NCBI GenBank assembly: GCA_964057225.1
Contig: OZ059896.1
Coordinates: 16,864,001 to 16,928,000 of the forward strand
Source: Auanema rhodensis
Taxonomy: Eukaryota; Animalia; Nematoda
DNA: 64,000 nucleotides
Reading direction: 5' to 3'
Within the stretch, counting starts at the first letter, position 1. Each line of letters opens with the position of its first letter. Positions 53,494 to 64,000 of the stretch are shown here, in pieces. Both the position numbers and the translations under genes were made by a program. The notes under the pieces were generated by a model. It saw only the letters and a list, made by a program, of their open reading frames with translations, was not told where the DNA came from and searched no databases.

Positions 53494-56400
53494 ACTCAGC
53501 TTTTGATGGGACTGTAAAAAAATAAGTATAGGATTGTTTGAAAAGCCTCGTAGTCTTTAAAAAGAAATAATACGAATAAGTTGCAATAAAACAGCCTTAA
53601 AGTAAATACTGCCGTAAACGGGCATCAAGACGTGACAATGAAAATTGAGACGCAATATATTCAGTCTAATGTTATACCGTCCTCATTATTATTTTCCAGC
53701 TTTTTACAAAGTATGCTTTTCGATTTTGACTAATTAAAGTTAATAAATTTAAATAGTAATATTATAAGCTACGTTTTGATTAGAATTAAGACAACAAAGA
53801 AATATAGCTACAATTAGTGCATTTTATGAAAAAATATAAGCTTGTCAAGGAATTTCAGTATCTTTATATGTATAATAAAGATTTAGAAGCAATAAAGATA
53901 AAAAAGAAGAACCGTTTATAATTACGATAATTACGAGTAAAACTATAAAATTCTGAAGTAGATGCTTAAGTCAACCAAACATTAATTGTCTTTCTATTAC
54001 ATGGCACTTTCACAAATAACAGCTGCATGTATTTTTTTGTGAACAACATGTCAAAATTGACAAAAAAATGAGCTTCATCAGCAAACGGAAAAAATGATAA
54101 AAACAAAACAGAAATAAATTGTAAAGGAATGATTAAAAAGTATCTTATGCAAGTGCGCATAAAAGAATAAACGAAGCGGTAGCGGAATGTCGTGAGCGAA
54201 ATGATTTCAAAAGTTAGAAGAGATAGTGTAGCAGTTCAAATCAGATCAGTGATGACAAAATATTATGAGAAAGCAAACTGATAAGCAAAATTTATTGTAG
54301 TCAAATTCAAACTGTGGCCGATGATTGTACGAGCTGATTGTAAGGCATCGTCTATCGGAAAGTTAAAAAACAGACAGATGAGAGGGGGGGGGGGGAAGCC
54401 TAGTCAGCAAGTTCAATCTACAATGTAAACATAGAGCTTGTGCTTCTCCTTCAACATCTTTTACGTTTTGATGGAGCACTGTCTCTGTGCGCCTTCCACA
54501 CCCACCCACGCTACTTGCTCCTCTGGATGGCAGACCAAGTGGCGGCCGTCGAGACGAACAGAGGATAGGCAAGACGGGGGAGACGAAGATGATTGTCCTT
54601 TTATAATTTCCTTGAAAGGAAATATGAAAAGGACTTGAGAGTTCAGGAAGACGAATAAATGTTGAAGGTTGAAAATGTTGAAAAAGGGAAAGCTAGATTA
54701 AAAAAAGAGAGAGAAGTACAGAGTGTGTGAGAGGTAGAGATAGAGATAGAGATATATATATACAGAGAATGAGAGAGAGAGAGAGAAAAGAGAGAGAAGG
54801 AGAGAAAAATATAAAGCGATTGGAGGGGTTTCGGATTAAATTCAAGATCATCTTGTGAAATGTATATGATTTTGAAAATTGAAAAATAAAGGAAACAGTT
54901 GTTGGAGTGGGTGGAGGTCAACTGACGTGACCATACCTTGCTTTCATTATTGCTACATGCTGAGAGACTGAAATATGCACCGTAGACTTAAAGACGTATC
55001 TAACACTTTATTTATTATGAAAATAAGTAAATAAATAGATTGTAGCCTATTGAAAAGTACGACGTCTGTTGTCTATCTGTGTGAGTGAACGTATGTGGTT
55101 GAAAAAAATCTCTGGGTTCAGGTGCAAGCTATGTTTTAGTTGTAAAAATGCGGGTGGTAGTCTGATTATAGATGACTTTGTTTATTTAAAAGTTCAGAGA
55201 GCTTGTTCCAAATTCAGACTTTCAGTACGTTTGAGGTGAAAATATTCATATAGTTATGTGGCTATTTTAGGCATAATCCGTTTTAGTTAGTCAGGCAAGT
55301 TTTGGAAAAAAAGACTAAGATTTCAGCGAAAAAATCTTGATAATTAGTTAGCCAGCTGTTTCTTGAAAAGCGACAATTGGAAACAGATGTGGTCATGTGG
55401 TCCGTTCAATGTATTTCTCATCTTGAATTTTGAAGAAAAAGCTAGGAATAATCATACATGATCATGACTATATTACAGGAGAATACGTGTATGACCCGCT
55501 TGCTCATTAACAAATATCCAGACGTAAGAGATTAGCAGTGATCGGCAGCTTTGCTCAGACCATTGACAAGCATGAGTCGATTGTGAGAAAAAGATGATAA
55601 ATCGGATATTCAATAAGTGGAGAAAGGAAGGGATATAGAGAAAGCAAGAAAGTTGAAGAAAGCGTAAGAAACAGAGAAAGAGAGAAAGAGAAAGAGAGAA
55701 AAACCAGCAATAAAAAAGTTGAGGAAGTATGATAAGAGATGAAGAAAAAAGTTACCGATTAAAGTTGCATTGTAGACGAATTATAAACAAAATTTGATAA
55801 ATCACAATGGCACATAACGCGGAAAATTCATCGAAGGAAGTTGAAGTAAAAAGAAAACGTTATTTCGGAAGGAGATATTCAAACAAAATGGGTACTATAT
55901 AACAAGAAAAGAAGAGAACGCACATTGTTACTAAGATTGCCTTTTGAAACAAAGTTATATTGGTTAATTTAAACATGCGTATTATGTTATGATAATAGAT
56001 TAGTGAGATCACAAGTAGATTAGAGGAAAAAAACCCTATATAAGCTTTGTAATGGTTAGGCCGATGACAGATAGCTCAAGAGCTAAGTGATGAAGTGAGA
56101 GAGTGATGAAGCGAATACATAAGTATCACAAGAGTATTAGAGAGATAAAAAGAGAGAAAAAACAAAAAAAAACTTTATTATCGTACTCGGCTGTTGTGGT
56201 GGCACAACACTGCAGATAAAGCCGTTAGAAGAAATATCGTAATTAGATGTGAAAATACGAATTAAAAGAATGAAATAATGAAAATATTGTATGAAAGATG
56301 GTCAAGATAATTAGTTCAATGAATGTTAGGAAACAGTAGTAACAAGAGTAGTAGTAATGTAGCATGGAGTAGATGTCTGTGGACGGTGGCAGTAGTGTGA

Positions 56401-58932
56401 GGAGACAGTATTTCTATGAAAAAATATAACATGTTACCTCTAACTGCACGAAAAGAAGAGAGGTAGAGAGAAAAGGAGAAGAGGCAAGCGGAAATGCCAT
56501 GACGAAGATGATGGTGGTCTAGAAAATGAGACGATATGAATGAATGAATGAATGATGAAAAAAAATAGATAGAGTAATGTATACAGAAAGAATATTTGTA
56601 AAAATGGTCGTGAATGTCGAGAGAAAAACTTTATGGGACATGGTACACACGACATACGCTACAACTTGATGATGGTCATGTATAGATGAAAGACCAAAAA
56701 TGACGGAAGGAGGAAAAAGAAAAAGAAACGAGGAGAATGACATTAAGGGTTCGATCATATAAACAGAAGACAGTTAAAAGCCAGGCAAAAGGAACGATGC
56801 TAAAGTCATAAAAATTTTAGAAAGAGAAACATAAAGAGAGATAGAATGAAATGGATAGATGCCTTATACAGAGGTGCAAGAGACAAATTGGAAAGTGGAG
56901 GGGCGAGAAATGAAACCGATGTTGTGAAATTATATAGAAGACCATGATGTCAACCACCACAACGACGACTACGATGACAACGTTAACTCTGGGCGGGGTA
57001 GCTACGCAAGCGCGATGAAGGTTTGATAGGGGATGCTGCCGACTTCGGCCGACACAGAGGTGAGATAGAAGAGAAGGGGGTTCAGCTGTAAAAGGGGTAA
57101 AAGGAAAAGAAGATCTATCACTTCCTGTGCTAGGTGATAAAACAAATTTATCATTTTCTGAATAAAAACCAGTCGACTTATCGATTCAAAAAGCTAAGCC
57201 GATCACCCCCCTTCCTTCTCTCTCGCACTTCTTTTAACTCGTTAATCTCTTATTTCCTCTCTCTCTTTGTATTTCTTTCTTTCACTATCTCTCTGTCTAT
57301 CTAGTAGCACGTTTGTGTCAACCCCATTTAAGGTGTTGGTTTGAACAGTGAGAGAACGGGGTAAAAACGTTATTGTTGATTGATTCTTTGAAATCTATTT
57401 CAGGTGTGATATCAATCACATATAAGAATTTTTGAAGAAATTTAAAAGAAAATGTTTAATGCTTAACTAAATAAACAACTTGAATAGTTTGATATGAACT
57501 ACTACTGAAATATAGCTAAGAGTTTAATCAAATAAAAAAAAAAGTTGAAGAAATATATTAGTTTAAGCCATATTTCCTATTTGATTTACCTGAAAAGAGA
57601 AAAAGTAAATGTATTTACTTGCCAAAAGAAAACAAAAGATTATAATAAACAGGCAAGTTCATGTGAACATTATTTAAGTCTTTACTTTTTTCTGGCTATT
57701 TCTAGTAATCTCAAAGTTTTTTCGCTTCCCGATTTTTGGAAACATATTTTCAAGTTTCTTCTTTCTCTCTCTTTCTCTTTTTATTTTATTGTATCTTCCT
57801 CTGTCTCTTTTCTTTTTCTTTCTCTCGCTCATTCAAACAATTTCTATCTATGAAATACATGATGGGCTATGATTGATATGTGAGTTGTGCAGTTGACAGA
57901 GTTCAAAAGTTTGATAAAATCCAAGGTACATAATTTAAAATTTATAATTGAACATAATACAAACGAAGATAAGAGGTATAGGTGGGTGAAAAATAGATGA
58001 AAGACAATAGGTCAGACAACCACGATATCGAGCTCGTAAGAGGACGACGGCGTACCTATCTGCGTCAGGTGAGATTGAAAACTGAACAAAGAGGAGGAGC
58101 TTCATTCGAATGAAGCTTGAAACAAGAGATGAAGCAATCATACCAAGAAAAAATGTTTTTTTAACAGATTGGTTTCTTATACTAATTGAATTTCGTATCT
58201 TAAATTCATGAGAAACAAATTAAACACTAATAAAGATGCACGTTTTCAATAAAAAATCTAGAAGAATTAAAAATGAAAAGTATAATTTTATAAATTTGTT
58301 TCTCATTTAATTAGTTTTTGAAAAAAAAAAGAAATATCTGATAATGATTACAAGGAAGAGAAGAAATGCTTAGTTGATGGGAAGAAACGGAAGAAAATTT
58401 CAACTTCATATATCTTAAAAGCAAAAAATGAAAGAAAAATAATATGAAATTGATTCAACTATCATTTTTATGAACTATAAAGTCACATGTATGGTATTAA
58501 TTATAAATAAACAAATATATTTTATTATCAATATTAATAGAAGTACAATATATTAAAATTTACATAAATTAATAAAAAAATAAAAGATATTTCTGATTTT
58601 TTAGTCAAATATTATTGAAAAAATACAAAAAATAATTTATTATTCTTTTCTTTTTAAGAATGAAGGAAACGGCTAACTATTTACCACATATGTGCATAGT
58701 TGAAGGATCTAGTTGCCAGAGTTCAAAATGTTCAGATAACAGCAATGAAAAAGCTTTAGTAAGATTGAGCTGAAGGATCGAGAGAACTAATTGATAATTA
58801 AGGTTACAAATAGAAATAATTAGAAATAATAAGAATAAACTTTTTTTTTCTGTATATTTAATGGCTCTATTGAAAGCAAAATTTGAACTTTGTATGCTAA
58901 ACTATATAAATATATTACTTTATTACATTTCA

Positions 58933-58974
<42 letters not shown>

Positions 58975-59342
58975 TTCTCTCTCTCTCTCTCTCTCTCGCT
59001 TTCTCTCTCGCTTTCTCTCTCTCTCTCTCTTAAGCTTCATTTTAATTCTTCTGTTTAACTGCCCTCGTATCTTTATATCTCTTGGTCTGAAACTAAAAAC
59101 CTTCAGACATTACTACTACTTAAATTGAACATTTCATTTTTCTGGAATGAATTTTACATCAAATTTTCATGGAAACTCCAAAAAATTGAGAAAAAAAACT
59201 GAGGAAAGCATCGACAACAAATACGACTACGTGATAGAGGACGAAGAACAGAATGAAGCGGGGGCGGATGGTAGAAGTAGATGGAAGAGAGGGAGGAAGA
59301 AAGCATTGTACTAGAACGACGACGAGAGCAGACGACGAGGAG

Positions 59343-59399
59343 GAAGAAGAAGAAGAAGAAGAAGAAGAAGAAGAAGAAGAAGAAAAAGAAGAAGAAGAA
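59343..59399 (+). repeat. (GAA)n trinucleotide repeat
   Basis: Read directly; source of the poly-Ser ORF 59159-59419. Confidence 0.95.
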
Positions 59400-60859
59400 C
59401 GTGGGAGATAAGATGCCATGAAGAGATTATTTTACAAGAACTTCAATATAGCCACACTTATGTAGAACCAACTGGCTATGAGAACTTTTTTAAATAAATT
59501 TTTATCAGTTAGAAAATTAATATTAGTTTTGAGAATGTTAGCTTGAAAATACAACCGATTCGAAAAAGAAAAATAACCAAAAATAGTGATTTTTACATGA
59601 AAATCACGTGAAAAAGAAGTGCAAATACATTAACAAGAAAGAAAATATTGAAATGAACCGAAATGATTCTTAATATTATAAGTTGATGGATGAAAATCAT
59701 AGGAAAGTAGGTTGAAAGATGGTTTCCGGGCAAAGAATTATTTTTCTCAGAAAGTTATTCTACTTGGGAATACATAAAATACTTGGAAGGCAATTTATAT
59801 AAGAAATATTAGAGAAACAACTGTAATTTGAGAAATATTCGAAAAAGCTATTAACTTTAGTTAAAATTATGGGGAGGTGAAATAGCCTCAGGCAATCGGA
59901 GTAGTAGGAGGTAGTGAAGAGGCAGTGTTGGATGAAACCACGAGGGGGGGGGGGGTAATGAGGAGGGCAAGATCATGAATATACAACGAGATCATGTACT
60001 TAAAATTTGGTATTTCACTCAATTAGACGGAGAAATTAAGTGATAAAAAGATACACAGAAGAATAGGCAAAGAGAAGAATGAGAAAAAAGAGAGAGTGTG
60101 TGTATTAGAGAGAGAGAAAGAGAGAGAGAGAGATGAGCTAAAGAGAGTGATAGGTATTGAAAAGTTTGAAAATCAAGTTTAATAAAATCAATATTATCAG
60201 CATAATTATATAACAAATCATTGTGTTTTGAAATGTTTGATAGATCTATGAGTACTTTAGCTAATCGTTTAATTTTTATAAATCACTTGAACAAGCTTTA
60301 CGAAAATAATAGAAAATAGCTGTGGGCCTTAGAGATCGAGTTGTAAAACAACATCTAATTTTACGTTAAATTGAGTTTAATATCATGTTATGTTAATATC
60401 AAATCAAAATTTATGATTTGTATTAGATATATTTAGTTATAAACAACATATATATTAAGGAGAACTAAGATCAGAGTCATGCATATTGCTAAATTGTAGT
60501 TTTCTTAGAAGAAAATTTGGCAACAGATAGGTTTGGCTGAGAAAATAGCATTCTTAGGTCGAATTTGTTTGACAAAAATAGTGCCGAGTGACGTTGAGAG
60601 CAGGTCTTCCGGATGGCATCACTAGATTCCGGAAATCGGCTTTCAACTTGAGAAATAACTATAACAGGAAGATATACAGAGAAGACGAGAAAGAAAAATG
60701 AGAGGAAGAATAAGAGTAAATGTAAGATAAGAGTAGAAGAAAAATGATGAGGAAAAAGAGAAGTAGGATAAAAGCTAAAAAGTAGAGAGGGAATAGGAAT
60801 GAATAAAGAAAAAGCTAAATAGAGAGGATGTGGGAGAGAAATGGAGGCAGAAATAGAAA

Positions 60860-60873
60860 GAGAGAGAGAGAGT

Positions 60874-60963
<90 letters not shown>
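60860..60963 (+). repeat. (GA)n microsatellite
   Basis: Read directly. Confidence 0.97.
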
Positions 60964-60966
<3 letters not shown>

Positions 60967-63900
60967 AACTATTTGTACTTACACTTGGAATAACTAATAT
61001 TGCAAAATTACATTTTTTATTCCCTTCAGCCAATTTTTCAATAGAAAAATACAGAACAATTATAAAGTTCAAGTCAACATGTGTTTGTCTTTATTTGGAC
61101 AGTTAAATAGGAGTTGTTTGGATTTCATGACGAGATGCCAATGAAATTCTAGATTGAACACCATAGGAGATTGTGGGTGACGACGAAAAACTTTTTTTTT
61201 TGGTTTTTTTGTCGCAATTATAGCATATTTAGTTATATCGTTATGCTTATGCATATTTTACAAACTCGAGCTCTAATAAAGCTTGTGGCTGTTTGTATAC
61301 AGAGAACAGAAACGGGAAAAATATACGAAAAAGCGAATTTTTCTCTCTTTCTCTCACTCTCATTTCATTCTCGCTATGCTCTTCAGTATTAATGAGAGGA
61401 AAAAAATTTGCGGAGGTGTCAGGTAATTCTTTTCTTATATTCTTTTCTATTTTGAGGTTAAATATAATTCTGCTATTAATGAAATTATTGGCTAAAACAA
61501 GAGGTTTGTATGTATGTATGTAGCTAAATGTGATTTTAACTTGCAAATATAAGGGAATTTTAGTAAAAATATTAGAAAATTACGCATTGATGTTAAAACA
61601 GATATAGATAGAGAAGAAATGGAAAAAAAGGACAAACTTGATGCTGATGTCGTCGTCTGATTTGAACTTAGAACGTCAACCAATTTCGTTTCTGACCAAC
61701 AAACTGATTGGCGTAGTCGATAAATCATCATATGAATGGTCAGAAAAAAACGGAAAAAACGACCGTGAATAGAAGAGAAAATTTAGAAAACATATATGGG
61801 AATTCAAAGAGAAAACAAAGAGAGGGAAAGAGAAAGAGAAAAAGAAAGAGAGAGAGAGAGAGAAATAGAAAAGAGAGACCATGACAATTTGGTAAAAATT
61901 CATTTGTTCAGAAGCAAGACATCTTTACTATTATATTATATTTTACTAGTATTATTTTTAGTATTTTCGCAAAGGAAATTAGTACGTTAAAACTTTGATA
62001 GTATAGTTTCGGAACAGAAACAAAGAAAAAATTTTGAGAAACGACTCGATTTCTTTTTTTTTTAATTAAAATATTAAAAAAACAATAGAATGAAGTAGAA
62101 GAGAAGAAAAAGAAACCAGCGATAGGTCTGAAAAAAAATGAGAAAAAAGAAAATAAGTTTGGTTAAAATATAATATATACAAAACTGGGATATTTTTACC
62201 TTTAAACCTGTAATTCAAGGCATATGCTGATAAGCAAAATATATTAATGTGAGCTTAGTAGAGGAAAAACACAAAAATAGCCCGCGGCATTTTGTACTAC
62301 AACGAACGAGACTAAGAAAAGATGGAGGGAGAATCGTAGGGGGTAGTGGTGGGGGAAGGGAGAACGATGCACATTTTGAATTTGAAATTGGTATTTTACG
62401 AAAGAAATTTTAGCAATACTACAAATATGTGGCATCCGGCTAAGCTTATTCATTGTATGCTTTAGAACAAAGTTGGTTCTTCCACTTCATAGCCTCTCGA
62501 CACGGCATTATGGCTATAGGGCTTCCCTCTTCACTCTAGATCTCCTTCAATTTCGGTCTATTTCTCTCTGTATATGGCTTTTAGATTTTCCCTCTCTCTA
62601 TTCCTCATGTTGCCTTATTGGTGAGTCTTTTACTTTCTGAAGTTCTTTTAACAAAACTTTCACAACTCCAGCTGTTATTGGGTATAGTAGTTAATGTGTT
62701 GCACATTTAAGCTTTGAACCAAAAATCTAAGAGAAGTACGCAGCTATTGGCAGTACATTACGGGTTGTTCCTGAATAAGATCTGTATTGACGAAACGCGT
62801 TTTTAGGGAAAAAAAGGAGAAAATATACATATTTATATAAAGAATACTAGTACTTTGAAGACAACAAAACAACAGCTCGAAGCCAGAACGTTAATCAAAA
62901 AGGAAAATAATTGAACATATTCCAATAATACATACATAATCTTTTAGAATTTGGATGAAAGTTCATATGATGATGCTAAAACAAAAGATTCAAGATTTAA
63001 GATACATACTCGAATAAAGTAAAAGGTCCGGCTGAGGAATGACACGAATACTGAGAGGACGACAAGACAATGGGACAGGAAAAGAGTACATGAAGCATAT
63101 TGAAAACTTGAAAAACAATAACTTCTACCAGATGAACGAGGTCAGATTAGGAGGTAGACTGACAGAGAGAGAGAGAGCGAGAGTCAAGCAAATCAAGACA
63201 AATTAGAAAGATATGGAAAAGTTGCGAGAAAGTAATTTGGAAAATGATGAAGGTGGAAAGTCAAGAACGACAGAATGGGATTAGGTGGAGATGAAAAATA
63301 GTGAATAAGGAGGGCAGATATCTACGTTTCATTTTTTGGAAAAGGAGACGAAAACGAAGCACAATCAACAACAGCTCGATATGAGCCAAGAACGAGAACG
63401 CCGACGACGATAGCAGAAGAGTGAAGCTGAAAGCTCAGATGATAGTAGAACAACGGGAAAAAGAAGAAGAAGCAGAAGAGAGAGATGCAAAGAAAGAAAG
63501 TGAGAGAGAGAAAGAGAGAGCAGACGGAAGATGAAGGGTGAGACAGACAGAATGAGAAATAAGAGACGAGGGCAGTCGAGAACAATATATGTATGTATAT
63601 GTATATATAGAAATATATATATATATATATCAAGGAAAAGATCTTTGAGAGGAATACGAGAGTGAGGGAGTGAGTGAATGAGTGAGTGAGCGAATGTGTG
63701 AGGGAGTAAGAGTAAGGAGAATATGAGAGAGATAGGAAATAAAGCAAAAAAAAGGAGGGGTGGGCAAGTAAGGGAAGGTTGAGGTTGTCGTGGAATTTGA
63801 GAAAAAGCGTGACCAATATTGCCCTGGAGGTCAATTCCATTTATTGGCTAGAAGGGGAGGCTGACTGCAAAGTTTTAACTACCAGAAAACGAGATAATTC

Positions 63901-64000
63901 AAGTTGATTTTGGGGAAAAAATTGATTTGAATTTAATTCAGTTCATTTTCATTCTCCCACTATCACTTTTTAAAAAATTGATATTCTGAGCAATCTGGGC

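Noticed and set aside
59944-59955. G12 runs (also 54384-54395; C12 at 17978-17989) as G-quadruplex/DOG-1-type fragile sites
   Set aside because: Shorter than the tracts usually needed for a stable intramolecular G4, and homopolymer length is unreliable.
55582-61802. LAG-1/CSL-like sites upstream of the known Notch target lip-1 (TGTGAGAA 55582, ATGGGAA 58377 and 61796)
   Set aside because: Scattered, not clustered, and about the number expected by chance in 10 kb of purine-rich DNA.
63322-63840. Longest ORF in the track (172 aa, - strand)
   Set aside because: Made of GA/TA/GAGT simple repeats, giving an S/L/F/Y-rich low-complexity translation.

Overview
AT-rich eukaryotic DNA (about 28-30% GC by eye) from a nematode, probably rhabditid/clade V, judged by TTTCAG acceptors, many 42-100 nt introns, a lip-1 orthologue and TTAGGC repeats. 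Most ORFs in the supplied track are microsatellite or low-complexity artefacts. Hand splicing gives four multi-exon genes: (1) an atypical class A peptide-type GPCR, + strand 26158-29533, with a GC-AG intron; (2) a secreted protein with one CC-like module and three ShKT domains, - strand 30826-33160; (3) a second peptide-type GPCR with a probable signal peptide, + strand 43719-49737; (4) the MAP kinase phosphatase lip-1 (DUSP6/MKP3-like), - strand 51921-53493. The ShKT gene lies in a rearranged ~7 kb patch (29.6-36.3 kb). This patch holds a near-identical 540 bp direct repeat offset by ~6 kb, a duplicated ShKT exon fragment, degenerate Tc1 and mariner transposase remnants and a short interstitial telomere repeat. 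Positions 1-26000 and 54600-64000 look essentially non-coding apart from a few exon-like candidates. I cannot claim a clearly novel biological system. The best leads are the ShKT rearrangement patch, the atypical GPCR and the AUG-less upstream lip-1 segment.
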